This document shows positions 25,111 to 52,977 of a stretch of DNA of 64,000 nucleotides, piece by piece; positions within the stretch are counted from its first letter, which is position 1; every line of letters starts with the position of its first letter. The stretch is from assembly GCA_951406725.2 (NCBI GenBank), contig OX597814.1, positions 71,672,001 to 71,736,000 of the forward strand, written 5' to 3'. Below the pieces are notes generated by a model. It was not told the origin of the DNA, did not search any database, and saw nothing but the letters and a program-made list of their open reading frames with translations. A program made the position numbers and the translations under genes. The stretch comes from Octopus vulgaris. Its lineage: Eukaryota.

Positions 25111-26332
25111 GAATTACTTATAAGTTAGAGCATATGGATGATGGACTCTCCCACCCCAGACCTGAAGAGGGTTAGAAAGAAAAAGGAAAGGTAATCTGAT
25201 TCCATCCTCCATTCAATCTGGATGTTTCTCGACTCTAGTTGGTCAGCATTTCCCAACTCTCTGAAGATCAAAATCAGGTACTTGTGTTTTGGTAATATTA
25301 CTTCCAACATTACACTGTACAACTCATGTACTGACATAGTCTTCACCCAACACTCTAACCTGTAATTACTAAAACTCTATCAAGTTTCAAACTGGGAGGA
25401 TCATGTTTTTCAAAGACTGAGGTCTATAGAGCTGCCCTCACATTATCCAATGGCATCATAAAACCTTACACAAGCATAACAGCCAATTTAAAGGAAGATT
25501 CATGCAACATATACACTGCTTCAGGTGTAAAGATGGGGAAAACCCCACCTCTTTGTTTCACTTTGGAGATTCTGGGGAATTGGAGACAACTTCCATTATA
25601 TAGAGCATCATTGACAGGACTTCCTCTTACACATATAGAACTTGTAATTGTCAACACTTTTCCATGAGAAATTGTACCTGTTCCTGCAACCTGCAGTATC
25701 CGTCAATAGGAAAACTGGCTTATATAGTTGTTACCAGAGATACATTCTGTCAATAAACTTCTAGCCATTGGCAGCTGATGACCCAGAAATACCATTGCAA
25801 TACTAGCTGATACACAACAGCAGAGTATATAATTCCAGCTGTCCATATTAAGATTACAGCTACTATCACCCAGCAGCCATGCAAATTCATGTGACCTGAT
25901 GCCATCAAACTGTTTACTCCTCCATGTGATAACTGTTGTAACTGAACTATCGCACTTTACAGAATACTGACTGATACCAACATCCTGTCTGCTTTACCAG
26001 GCAAGGAAAAAATTTATGTCACTAATATAGATTAAAGACCCATGTGGCTTGAACTAAACAATAGAAGCCTACTCTCACCTAGAAGCTATTTTAAATTTCT
26101 TTGAAATTCTCTCTACTCTAAATCTGAATATTTGATGGTATGGATGTAGTTATGCAGCATACTTCTTAACTATACAGCTATCCTTGCTCCTTGCACTATT
26201 TTCCACAGATACATCTTGTATTCATTCATTTTGTACCAATATCTATAAAATCTGTTGGGAATCTTATTCTCATCCCACTCTTGGGATCCCTCATGGTTTG
26301 CAAGTCATGATACTGACCCAACTTAACTTGGA

Positions 26333-26520
26333 TCATCAACATCATTTAACATCCAGATTCCATGCTGACATGGGTTGGACAGTTCAGAATCTGATGAGTT
26401 GGAGGATTGCATCATATTTTAGTGTCTGTTTTGGGTTGTTCTTTATGGCTAGACACCCTCTCTAGAGCCAACCACATTACAGTGAACTTGGACTTTTATC
26501 GTGGCACAAGTACTAGTGAG
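26333..26520 (-). mobile_element. Old RTE 3'UTR remnant
   Basis: catcatttaac.tcc...ttccatgct..catgggttggac resembles 29661-29720. Confidence 0.6.
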
Positions 26521-26834
26521 ATTGCCAAGTAACATATAAGACACATACTAAAACAAAAAGTCCCCTCAACTAAATAGGGGTATATTAGGGAGGGAGCTGA
26601 CTTTATGCCAAATATTGAAAGGCTAAAGTATGATTGTCTTACTGTAGAGAAGATACATGATAATCCTGCATTATTTAAGGATTGGAGGGAGTAGCTAGAA
26701 AGAGAAGATATGCATACATACGTACAGGTGTATCTATATATGTGTATTGCCTAATCCGTATTTCGATAAGGTCATGGGCTTAAATTTGATTGAGCAGCTC
26801 GTTTTATCCTTGCACAATTCAGTAATTTCACTTT

Positions 26835-27307
26835 GTTCCTGTATACTCAGACGAAAAGGGCATCGGCCCAGTGCTAGCGTAGCTCTCTTTCCCACTAGCT
26901 GTCACACACACATCCCCAATATTTTACTGGACTGAGCGTAGAGTCGAGATTATGTCTGGCCGATATAACTCTAGGCACTTTCGATCGTTTATTAAAACTT
27001 GGTACATACAACCAAGTTAGACTAGTTTGTGAGTGACAGTCATGGTGGTAATGCATCTCTTTGCACGCACGTTCCTGTATACTCAGACGAAAAGGGCATC
27101 GGCCCAGTGCTAGCGTAGCTCTCTTTCCCACTAGCTGTCACACACACATCCCCAATATTTTACTGGACTGAGCGTAGAGTCGAGATTATGTATGGCCGAT
27201 ATAACTCTAGGCACTTTCGATCATTTATTAAAACTTGGTACATACAACCAAGTTAGACTAGTTTGTGAGTGACAGTCATGGTGGTAATGCATCTCTTTGC
27301 ACGCACG
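26835..27307. repeat. Near-perfect ~236-bp tandem duplication
   Basis: gttcctgtatactcagacgaaaa at 26835 and 27071. Confidence 0.9.
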
Positions 27308-27384
27308 TCTGCACATCTATCCATCCATGTAGCTGTCCGCCTCTCTCTATGACATGTACGTTTCGTTGGTTATATATATATATT

Positions 27385-27576
27385 AGCAGTATTTCGTCTG
27401 CCGCTACGTTCTGAGTTCAAATTCCGCCGAGGTCGACTTTGCCTTTCATCCTTTCGGGGTCGATAAATAAAGTACCAGTTACGCACTGGAGTCGATGTAA
27501 TCGACTTAATCCGTTTGTCTGTCCTTGTTTGTCCCCTCTGTATTTAGCCCCTTGTGGATAGTAAAGAAATAGGTAT
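27385..27576 (+). mobile_element. tRNA-derived SINE (cephalopod-type), 5' truncated
   Basis: B-box-like gagttcaaattcc followed by gtcgactttgcctttcatcctttcggggtcgataaa. Confidence 0.75.
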
Positions 27577-29179
27577 CTGCATAGACCTATAATACTTTGT
27601 TTATTTCTAACGGTGGGTCTTTCTACCTGAAATATAGCAGATTATTCAATTTTATTCTTTTTTTCGCATTGTAAGAAGTTCTCCGTCTTCACTCATTTTA
27701 CACACACACATAAACACATATGTATACATAGACAAGTGTGTCTATATATATTTAGTTGTGTCCTTTTGTCCAATTTTCTTTCTACATTGGATTTTTCAAA
27801 AGCAAATGTTGGAAATTTATGAATTTTATCTTTCTTCTCTTGAAGGATACATCTAGCAGTTCTATGTCGACAATGTAACATGAATTAACTAAACGGCAAT
27901 AAAGCGCAACTGTTAAAGAATTAAAGGAAAGTGTAGCTGTGTGTTAGTAAATGTTTGGCGTGTAGTAGTATCATTTTTATGCAGTTACAACTCAAAAAGC
28001 GAGCGACTGAAAATTTTGGTTATAAATATTATAATTCCTATCACTCTCCTAAACATAGTATCCAAATTGAGTTGGGAATTATGATTTCATACATTAAAGA
28101 TAGGAATTCTATTAGACTGTAAAACATCTCTTTTTGCCGTTTAATCTAAAGTCTGCTATTTGAACATAGTGACCCACTTATTTTCCATTATAACTGGGGT
28201 GATGGCAGTTAATTTCTGTCTGAAAAATAAAAATAAATGCATTTACTTATAGAAATTAATACTTTAATCAGTCGTAACTGTAGTGAATAGCCATTTTTTG
28301 TTCTATTGTTTAGCCCTTTATGTTCAGAAACCAATTGCAATTAATTATTTATATTTAATCTTTTACTAAATTAAATTATCCAATTATTCTTTTTTCTTGC
28401 ACATGGAACGGAACGAAATGCAGCTATTTCTTTAATGAATATTGCGCTTTTCATCTTCGAACAAAATGTTCAAATATTCAGTTCCACTGTGCTCGTCTAC
28501 AGAGCTTAGTAAATCTCTAAGATATGCAATTATCCATTTCTTCAGTGAAGCTACGGAAAAACCTGTTTGACAAGCAAGCTATATTTTGTTTCCTCCTGAG
28601 TTCATTAAATTATCAAGAACATACATAGAATCTGTTATAATTTCGTCTGAGACTTTAACCATCTTATTTCTTCTCACCAGTTCTTAATATACAATATTTC
28701 TTAGTCGTCATACGAAGCTATTCAATACTGTGAGCTGGTTTTTGTCTATGCAGTCTGTAACTGGTTTTCTTCGACTAGTGTATCTGTCCACTTAAGTTTA
28801 TAGGAAATGTTGCTTAGCTAAAATGTTATGTACTTGTTATTTATTATTACGTGCAGTACTGAGTGAGCCTCATATTTGCAGTTATCTATATTTTTATATT
28901 AAAGATTGCTATTAATAATAATAAAATGCCGTTCAGTGTATAGTGAAAATATTCCTAGAAAAGATACAATGAAAGAAATTGTAAACACAATGTAAGAGTT
29001 TTGTCCCTTGACTTCGGAACTAGCTTGGAGTCGTTGCAGAATAGTTATTCCGTATTATGTAAAATTTTTTCCTGTTTATTTTAGCAACCCCCATATAGAC
29101 TAACTTTTAGTTTGGAGTCTAGACATTTAGTGTTTACATTAAAAACTTAAACGTAAACAATTGTTCGGTACTTGTCTAT

Positions 29180-29310
29180 TGTCGTGGTCCCGGTTTCGCA
29201 CACGCGAATTCGCGCGCCAGACGTAGGCACTCGATACTCGAGATCCTACGAGGTGACTTGCGCATGCGCAGTGCAGAATTCGCGCATGCGCGTTAACCCC
29301 CCCCCACCTA
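29180..29310. promoter_or_regulatory. Small CpG-rich island with two NRF1-type GCGCATGCGC motifs
   Basis: tgcgcatgcgca at 29259-29270 and cgcgcatgcgcg at 29281-29292 in very AT-rich surroundings. Confidence 0.4.
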
Positions 29311-29338
29311 AAAAAAAAGGTGTTGGATTTCACTAAAA

Positions 29339-29370
<32 letters not shown>

Positions 29371-29658
29371 ATATAACATTTTCAATTTTACACAAAAAAA
29401 TTACATAGTCGCTTTCCTCGCGGATTTACAGATAAATGAATTAATTACTATTTTACAGAATAAAATTAATGAATTAATTATATAAATTAAATAATTCTTG
29501 AAAATTAATTAATATTAATAATATTTTTTGAACAAAGTAAATAATTTATAAAACTTGGTTAATAATTTTTTTTACACAAACGCGAACGTATATAATTTGT
29601 GAAACTTTTTTTTTTTACAGACGTATATAATTTGGTAAACTTAATGAATTAATTTCTT

Positions 29659-30075
29659 CTCATCATCATCATTTAACGTCCGTTCTCCATGCCAGCATGG
29701 GTTGGACGGTTCGACCGGGGATCTGGGAAGCCAGAAGGCTGCACCAGACTCCAGTCTTATCTGGCAATGTTTCTACAGCTGGATGCCCTTCCTAACGCCA
29801 ACCACTCCGAGAGTGTAGTGGGTGCTTTTTACATGCCACCCGCACAGGTGCCAGGCGAGGCTGGCAACGGCCACGGTCGGATTGGTGCCAGTCGAGGCGG
29901 CTCTGGCATCGGCCACGATTCGGATAGTGCTTTTTACGTACCACCAGTCCAGGGGTCCTGGCATTTGCCGGGTGCCACACTTGCCCCAACATGTCTTCGC
30001 AAGCAAAGGGGTTGGCATGGGTGCCTGTCGTGGGATGAGGTTCGATATCAACTTCGCTTGCCTCAACAGGTCTTT
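29659..30075 (-). mobile_element. RTE 3'UTR fragment with (GAT)n tail
   Basis: Shares cttgcctcaacaggtc and gccacc.gcacaggtgccagg.gaggctggc with 1-640; catcatcatc tail. Confidence 0.8.
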
Positions 30076-30339
30076 GTGTATAAATGTATAAATTTTTCGC
30101 ACTAAATTCTTTCCGTAGAATTTATCAAAAAACGCGCAAAATTATTCCGTAGAATTTATCAAATTAAAAAACGCAAAATTAATATATTTTTTGAAATTGC
30201 AAATTATTTAGAATATAAAACAAATGAAGTTAAATTTTANNNNNNNNNNNNNNNNNNNNNNNNNNNNNNNNNNNNNNNNNNNNNNNNNNNNNNNNNNNNN
30301 NNNNNNNNNNNNNNNNNNNNNNNNNNNNNNNNNNNNNNN

Positions 30340-31601
30340 TTGTAAAAGGTCAGCATCAGCTGGGTTTTTGATTGCCTGTGCTACCTTTGTGTCATCAGCA
30401 TAGCTAGTGAGGGATGTTGTTTGTGCTACCAAGGGCATGTCAGAGAGCGCCACCAAAAACAGCAAGGGTCCCAAGACTGTGCCCTGTGGCACCCCGCTTG
30501 CTATTGGTGTCTTTCCCGAGAGGGCTCCATTGGCTGCAACCATCTGGCTTCTGTCCTTCAGGAAGTCATGTATCCACTCACCTACTTTTCCTGTTATGCC
30601 GAGTCTGAGTAATTTGTGACATATCACTCCGTGGTCGACTTTGTCAAAGGCCTTCGCAAAGTCGAGATATACCACATCCACCTGTGAGCGATCCAGTAGT
30701 TGTTTCAGTACCCAGTCGTAGTGTTGTAACAGCTGCGTAAGGCAGCTTCTTCCTGGGCGAAAGCCATGCTGTGTGTCAGTGAGACGGTTAGTTTCTTCGA
30801 GGAACGTGATCAGTTTTTTTCTGATGATTCGTTCCATGACCTTACTTATGTGTGACGTCAGGGAGACTGGCCTGTAGTTTTTGGCCTCTGCTCTACTCCC
30901 TCCTTTGTGGATAGGGCATATGGTGCCTTCTTTTAGCGCCCTGGGCAGTTTACCGTTAGCCAAGGAACCACTGAAGAGCATCTTCAGTGGTCCCGCTAGG
31001 GCATGCCTGCATGTTTTTAGGAGGACTGCTGGGAATCCATCTGGTCCAGCAGCTGAGTTTATTCTCATTTCTTCTATGGCAGATATTACATCCCTCTCTG
31101 TTATGTCTATGTGGTCGATGGTTGTTGTTTGGTTTTGGAGTGTTGTGGCATCAAAGAAAACTTCTGGGTTTGTGATTTGCATGTGCCCCAGAGGGGATGT
31201 GAACACACTTTTATACTGTTCCTTTAGTATTTCACTTATCCCTTGGGGGTCCTCAGTTAGAGAGCCCTTTTTATCAAAGAGTGGGCCAATCTTGCAGTGT
31301 ACCGAGGTGGTTTCTTTCGCAAATTTAAAGAAAGCTTTAGGGTTTGTTTTAATATTCTCTATGGCCCTGGCTTCTCTCTCTGCCCTCTCCTTCTCATAGG
31401 AAAGTTTGAGTGCAGTTTCCGTTTCAAAAAGTTTCAGGTGGAGTCCCTCATTGTTTCTCTGCCGTGCATTCAGTTGCTTCGAGAGCTTAGCTCTTCGCCT
31501 CATAAGTATTTTCCTGTCTCTGGGAATAACGTTCCTATGCCCGCTGGCTTTTTTCTCCGGGACAAACTTATGGCATATGTTCTGTATTGTTGTCATGAAA
31601 T
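30340..31601 (-). mobile_element. Subfamily B LINE ORF2 fragment between two gaps
   Basis: Near identical to 56979-58237; RT motifs through YADD. Confidence 0.9.
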
Positions 31602-31701
31602 NNNNNNNNNNNNNNNNNNNNNNNNNNNNNNNNNNNNNNNNNNNNNNNNNNNNNNNNNNNNNNNNNNNNNNNNNNNNNNNNNNNNNNNNNNNNNNNNNNN
31701 N

Positions 31702-36317
<4,616 letters not shown>

Positions 36318-37399
36318 NNNNNNNNNNNNNNNNNNNNNNNNNNNNNNNNNNNNNNNNNNNNNNNNNNNNNNNNNNNNNNNNNNNNNNNNNNNNNNNNNNN
36401 NNNNNNNNNNNNNNNNNTCAGACCTGTAGTTGTCAGAGTCACTGTTCCACTGTTGGATAAAGAAGTACCCAATTCCCTATCATGCTCGTGGTTGTACTTG
36501 TAGATTATTTTGCTTGATTTTTTTGTCAAATTCATTGTTGGTATGTGTGAATGTAAAACTGAAATCCTTTTTTTTTTTCTCTCACGAACTGTTACAGATA
36601 ACATAATCATTATGATGTGGCAGGAAATTGTAGAGTACAAGTATCATACTAAAAATGTTAAACACTGTTTAACAATTGTTTATTTTGTGATGTCAAATAT
36701 TTTTGTAAATGTAGTAAAAAGATTTGTTTTGAAATTCTCATTTAAATATGACTAGGTTATTTTATGCAGTTTATATAGTATTATAAGCCAAAAACATTTG
36801 GGTGCAGTTTGATAATGAAAACATTAACTTGATTCATCAATTGAGTCAACACGGTTCCTCTACCAAATCCCATTCAAATCAAACCTTACTATTTTATTAA
36901 AGGAAGGGTTTGCTGGATAATTAAGACCTTGATGCATTGTATTTTGATCACCACTGGAATGCCTTTCTGCAGTCAACTTCTTTAGATTGAATTTTTGGAC
37001 ATTCAGTGTTCTTCAGTTGCAGTTGTTGAATAATCACTAATCAGCTTTGTTCCTGCAAAGTTGTCAAGATTGTAAACATTCAACATTCTTAAGGTTACTC
37101 TTATGCCTAGCACTCCAACCTGTTAATTGAATTTTCATTAAATTTTCATTGTTTACATTTTAAAATTATTCAATTCTTAGCTTTTTCAAAAATAGAATTT
37201 TTAATTTTCTTTTCTCTTGTAAATCAATATTATGGAATTATTCATACAGTTGTGTACCACTACTATCAGTGACTTATTCAGCATCTGAAAACTTAATACC
37301 ATTGTTGGTGACCTGATTGTTTGCATGATTGATTGCTTGCTCTGATAGCTTAAAATACTAAAGCTTGGAAGTTGGAATTTTTATCAATGGTTACTAATA

Positions 37400-37925
37400 G
37401 AAACACAACAAAAATCACAGGAAGGACAATCAAAAGCTTCAGAAATTTCACTATTTCTAGACTTCACAATCTTAGATGGAGATTGTGTGCAAACATAGCT
37501 ATATTTGTTAATCAAAGGCGATGCTTTCTCTTCAGGCTCAGAAAATACTTCAACTCTGAACAGTTTCTACTTGTATACAAGTGTCAAGTGTAGTACAGAC
37601 TTGGCACTCTTTTTCATACTTGAACAGAATCACTGTCATACATAGAAACTTTATTGATTACATCCAACTATCAGGTAAACCTTCACTTACTAAAACACTG
37701 TAACCATTTATACACTAAGCTTCTATGTCCTTATTTCTATCATGGCTACAACAGCTTCTGTGAAATACCAAAATACATACTGTACCCACCTGCTTTCCTG
37801 TTTCCTATCTTGTCATCTTTTACATTGGTTCACTACCAAAATCTTTGAAGAGAGGCTTCATCTAAACCTTAATCCTCAAGCATCAACCTACAGAAATGCA
37901 AACTGAATATCATATGCATTGACCC
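37400..37925 (+). pseudogene. Old LINE (Jockey/CR1-group) RT C-terminal remnant
   Basis: NLRW...IA...QRRCFLFRLRKYFNSEQFLLVYKCQV. Confidence 0.55.
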
Positions 37926-37959
37926 CTCTAATCTGAACAGACTACAAATGGCATGTGTA

Positions 37960-38456
37960 TTTTGAGCTGCTTTCAAGGAACCAAACAATCAATTCAAATG
38001 TTCACTGTCAACAGCTAATGAAACTGGAGGAAGCAATCAAAAGAAATAGCCAGAATTGGTAAATCGTACAGGATTTGTGTTGCACTGTGACAACGTTAGA
38101 CCACACATTTATGCTAACTCATGAAAAATCATTGGAGCTTGGGAAGTGATGTCACATCTAGCACATAGCCCTGAGCTTGCACCATCAGACTGACATTTAT
38201 TTTGAAGTTTACAAGATTCTTTCAGTGCAAAAAATTTCAATAATGATGATGACAAGAAATCGCACTTGCTTCACATCTTGGCTGATAAGGGCCAAGATTT
38301 CTATGAGCACAAAATCATGAAGTTGCCAGAAAGATGATATAAACGTCATCAGACAAGGTAGAGAATATGTAGTTGATTAAAGTTCACTCTTTGTATTAGA
38401 CAAAAATTACTTTTATTTCACAGCAAAAAGACTGAAATTATTTTCTTGCTAACCCA

Positions 38457-38459
<3 letters not shown>
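37960..38459 (+). mobile_element. Mariner transposon 3' remnant with right TIR
   Basis: CQQLMKLEEAIK..PELVNR.G..LH.DN.RPH...H.AHSPELAPSD.HLF; ends ttattttcttgctaacccaaTA. Confidence 0.85.
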
Positions 38460-38505
<46 letters not shown>

Positions 38506-38507
<2 letters not shown>

Positions 38508-38548
38508 CTAGCATTATGACCCGTAGTTGCTGGGTCATAGTGCTAGTG
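38506..38548. repeat. Short hairpin next to a microsatellite
   Basis: actagca.tatgaccc-gtagttgct-gggtcata.tgctagt. Confidence 0.6.
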
Positions 38549-38669
38549 CATGTATATATGTGTACATATTACATGTACATCTATATATATACATCTACAC
38601 ATAAAATACAAAATACAGTTATATCTTGATATCACTAGTGATAACAATACTCAAAATATATAATAGACT

Positions 38670-39340
38670 GGAATTGTAGGCCCCTCTCTTGCAATTTCGA
38701 TAAATTGTATCTTGTCCTCCCTCTTGTATAGAAGTGTGGCTACAATCCAGCTTACCTCTACTTCTGGGGGGACATTTTTAATTTTTATCCGGGACGTCCT
38801 ACGTCTCAGATATAAAGGTAAAAATAAAATATTTCCACTTTGCAAGGTTCGAGTTGAGTACTCCCTTGCACGCTCCGTTGACTCGAACTTTGCTTCTATT
38901 GTGGCAAATTTACCACCTCTGGTTAGATACTTGATATCTTTCATAGTCGCACCAAGACACTTTTCGATGGTGCTTTCCTCCAGGTGCTCGAATCTTTTTT
39001 TTTCTCTACATTGTATACTCTATAGACAATAGTCTTTTCTTTAATTTAATTTTTTATTTCGTTTGGTGGTGTTATCCTAGATTCACTGTCTTTGTCGGTG
39101 ATCAATCCGAAATAGGTTTGTATTTCTTCCATTTTAATTTTAATGAGTCCGCGCCCACCGACAGCTGCAGCAAAATTCACTTTTGGACTTTCTTCTATCG
39201 AAGGCATTTTAACAAAATACTTCCATATAAACGGTGAAAATATTGTCAATTTCCTCAAACAGGGACACAATTCAATTTTTGAACGATAACCAAAGCTCCT
39301 TCTCCCAAAGGGGGTGGGGGGGTTTACGGTTTACAATTAT
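38670..39340 (-). pseudogene. L1/Tx1-like ORF1 5' fragment
   Basis: MPS..NFAAAV..., then IKYLTRGGKFATIEAKFES..RRTSRIKIKNVPPEV, typical of an RRM-type ORF1; disrupted. Confidence 0.55.
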
Positions 39341-39402
39341 TTAACAAATGCAACACAACAACGTTTCCCTTAGGAGGAACCAACAAACATGATAACAATA
39401 GT

Positions 39403-42400
39403 TAGCATTTGTGTAACTCTCGATGCCAAAGTTTGGGACACGTCCCTCCAGGATCTTCCAGATGTATATTATGGCATATCTTTCCCGCCTACGCTCCAAG
39501 GAATATAGTTTTAATCTCTTGAGTCTTTCCCAGTAGCTCACATTCTGCATAGAGGCTATCTTCTTCGTGTAGCTACGCTGGATCGCCTCGAGCTCTGTGA
39601 TCAACTTGACACTGGATGGTGACCATAACTGAGAGCAATAGTCAAAGTGGCTTAGGACAAGTGTCCTCCAGAGGACCATCATGGTTTCTTGTTCTCTTGT
39701 TCTAAAGGTTCTGAGAATCCATCCGGCCAGTCGTCTACATTTTATTGCCAATTTAGCAACATGTACACGAAAGGTTGCGTCATCACTCATGTAAATACCC
39801 AGGTCACGCGCTGATTGTGCCTCTGGGATTGCTATTCCTCCGGGTCCAATGTATTCATTGGGTATTGCATTTAGTTTTGCATGCTGATAGTATAAGGCTT
39901 GAAACTTTTCAGCATTGAACTGCATGCTATTCTTTTCAGCCCACTTGTATATTTTGTCCAGCTCACATTGCAGGCGTTTAGTGTCCTCAGGGTTCTGTAT
40001 TGCCTGTGAAACTTTTGTATCATCTGCATAACTTGTGGTCGTGGCTCTCTGCGTGGCTGAGGGCATGTCTGAGAGGGCCATTATGAACAGTAGTGGTCCC
40101 AGAACAGTGCCCTGCGGAACACCGCTCACTGTTTGCGTGTTAATGGAAGTGGCCCTATTGGCTACTACCACCTGACTTCTATCTTTCAGAAAGTCATGAA
40201 GCCATTCTCCCAGTTTTCCAACTATGTTGAGATCACGCAGTTTGTGACATATCATTCCATGATCGACTTTATCAAAGGCCTTTGCAAAGTCGAGATATAT
40301 CACTTCCACATTTGAGTGGTTGAGCAGCTGTTTCAGCACCCAGTCATAGTGTTGTAGGAGCTGAGTTAAACAGCTTCTCCCTGGTCGGAAACCATGTTGG
40401 GTGTCGGGCAGCAAGTCATTTTCTTCAAGGAAGGTGATCAGTTTCCTTCTGACTATTCGTTCCATGACCTTGCTGATGTGTGAGGTCAGAGAGATAGGTC
40501 TGTAGTTCTTGGCCTCCGCTCTGCTACCTCCTTTATGAATATTTTACCTTCCTTCAGTTTTCTTGGAAGTTTGCCAGCTGCAAGGAAGCTCTGAAAGAGG
40601 AACTGCAGTGGTCTTGCTAGGACTCTCTTACATGCTTTTAGGAGGATTGCCGGGAATCCATCGGGGCCAGTAGCTGAGTCTGTTTTCATTTCATCTATAG
40701 CCTTGGTTACATCGTCTTCCTTTATATCGATGTAATCTATCGTCGCCGCCTCTGATTTTATATCTGCAGTGGTAAAGAAGTCAGTTGGATTGGTGATTTG
40801 GAGATGCCCAAGGGTTGGAGTGAAAACACTCTTGAATTGCTCATTCAGTAATTCACTTACCCTCATTGGTTTTCCTGTGAGTGTGCCATCCTTTTCAAGG
40901 AATGGCCCTATTCTACAGTGCACTGTAGCTGTTTCTTTGGCATACCTGTAGAAAGCTCTGGGGTTAGATTTTATGTTGTCTATAGCCCAGGCTTCTTTGT
41001 CTGCTCTTTCCTTTTCATGGGAGAGTTGCAGACATTTTTCGATTTCCAACAGTTTTATTTTTAGGCGGGACTTTTCACTGCTTTCAATCTGTTTGTTTAG
41101 GCGATTTGAAATTTTTGTACGCCATCTCATTAAAATTTTCCTCTCTCTGGGGATTTTGTTCTTGTGTACAGTGGCCTTTCTCTCTGGGACACATTTGTAG
41201 CATATGGCTTGCATTACAGACATGAATTGTTGAAGTTTCACGTCGATGTCTGGCGAGGAGAGACATTTAGGCCAGTTTTTTTTGAGGATCTCTTTCTCAA
41301 TTTGTTTCCAGTTTGCCTTATGGTAGTTCAGGCTGGAAAGATTCTGAGGGTTTCTTGTAGGCTGCATGTCCGTGCTCTCTTTTGGCCCGTACATGGTCAG
41401 CTCTACCATGTTGTGATCCAAGAGTAGTGTCGGTGTCACTTTCACATTATGGATGAGATCCATGTCATTTGTGAAGCAGAGATCCAGTGTGTTACCTGCC
41501 CTGGTTGGTTGGAGTATTACTTGCTCCATGTACAGGGTGTTTATGAGGTTCAGGAGGGATCTCGCCTGTCCTCGTTCACATCTTGTCATTCCTGGGAGAG
41601 AAAGGCCCTCGGGCCATCTGACATTGGGTAGATTGAAGTCTCCCATAAGAAGTACACTTATGTGTTGTTCTAATGTGATTAGAACTTCTTCTATTTTTAT
41701 AAGGCAGTCTTCAAACTTGCCCACATGGCTTGGGGCATCTGGAGGGCGATATGTAGCACACACAACTACATCAAGTTGCCTTATATGTACAATTAGTGTG
41801 TCACACACCGAGTTTGAGTATGACAAGAAGACCTGGGGTGTGAGGTCCTCACGGATGTACATAGCGACTCCTCCATGACTCCTTTCTTTTCTGTCAGTCC
41901 ATAGTACAACATACTGTAGTATGTGTAACTCCGCATTTGCTATGTCCGGTTTCAGGTGCGTTTCCGTAAGTGCTATGCATAAGGCTTGATTGCATGCAAC
42001 AAAGTCTCTCAAGAACGGGATTTTTGTCCTGTTACTGAGTGTTTGCAGTCCTCTGATGTTCAGTAGGAGCATCGAGGTGAGGTGTATGTTGTTGCCGGCG
42101 GTGTCCATCCTGGGTCTGTTTGCTGTGGTAGTCTTGTATATAGTGGGTAGTCCCACCTGCGGGCTTGGGTTTGATGAAGCCAGGTCAGCTGCTGTACAAT
42201 CTTTTGTGCCATGCACAAAAAAGATTGCTGCTCAGCAGCTGCCCTTTCAACAACATCATATTGGCGGTTTGTGGCACGCACCACATCTGCGTACCTCCGT
42301 TTTGGGGCAGGTGGTGCGTGGTCCATCCCTTTTCCTTGTGTTCATGGTTTGTCCATCCGTCCCGTGTCTCTGCGGCAGGGTCCCCGATGTGCAAAGCGGC

Positions 42401-43060
42401 AGCCTGCACCTTCCTTTCCATGCCAGCAGGTACTTCTCAGGTAGAACCTACACACCCGTGTGCGCTGTTTGTTTCCATCCTTTGCGATTCCACTTCTATT
42501 CCTGGTTGTTTCACCCTTTGGTCCTGCTTGAGCTTTTCCTTTAGCTCTTTCAGTCCTTCTTTTAGTTCTTCCTCCCTCTACTTCTTCCCTGGGTTCTCTA
42601 TCTCCATGGCCCTTGCTGCCGGTAGGAGCACTTGCACTTGGGTTCACTTCCCGGGCAGAACCTCTTCCCGGGTGTCCACCAGGTGGGGGTGACTTCTTTC
42701 ATCGTCTCCATTCTTGCCATCTTTGCCCTTCTCGTTCTCAAAGATGGCATCAAGTGTGCCAATGTGCGACCGTACAAGCGCATAGGATCGCACAAATTCC
42801 TGTTTCTTTCGCTCTCTCTGAGCTATCGACCTTTTGCAGCTGCCGCTCTTCAGCGCAGCCGTAATCACATTTTTAGGGTTATCTCCGTCGGCGCATTTCC
42901 AGGCGCGTACGAACAACCCCAGTTCGTCAGGTCTCCAGACTCTGGACATGTTGGATAATCTATCTAATTATGTTCAAAATTTCAATAGTGTGACAAAGGG
43001 CAGAGAAGAAGCAGGGAAAGAAAGTGTATTTAGGGAGATTTAGAGCTGAGAGAAGATAAG
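39403..43060 (-). mobile_element. Subfamily A LINE, copy 2 (ORF1 42060-42949 frameshifted; ORF2 39403-42231 with ~7-bp deletion near 40540; 3' end missing)
   Basis: ORFs 40486..42216 and 39341..40465; ORF1 MSRVWRPDEL...CRFYLRSTCWHGKEGAGCRFAH; 5' end abuts (TA)n. Confidence 0.92.
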
Positions 43061-43063
43061 AAG

Positions 43064-52074
<9,011 letters not shown>

Positions 52075-52327
52075 GTGCACCCGCCCTACCCACCCCCACC
52101 ACCAATACTGGATATCTATATTTTTGCTCCATCTATACCGGATGTCGCTTCTCCCACCACCATTATAGGTGTCTACTCTTCGAACCCCCCTCTTCAATAC
52201 GCTATTTCACCATGCATTACCCCTCTCTCGATATCCTACGTTCTACTTGCCTAGAACCTGTCATCATTTCTCTGAACCACCCCTCCCCACTGGTGCTTCC
52301 CTATATTTCTGCACCCCCCCCCACACA

Positions 52328-52956
<629 letters not shown>

Positions 52957-52977
52957 TGTATATATATATATATATAT

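Noticed and set aside
25130-26050. Possible Gypsy gag/protease remnant on the minus strand
   Set aside because: Only a vague resemblance; no intact CCHC or DTG motif and no LTRs
28380-28800. Possible HTH/transposase remnant (minus strand, LACQTGFSVASLKKWI)
   Set aside because: Multiple stops, no catalytic motif and no TIRs; cannot be supported without a search
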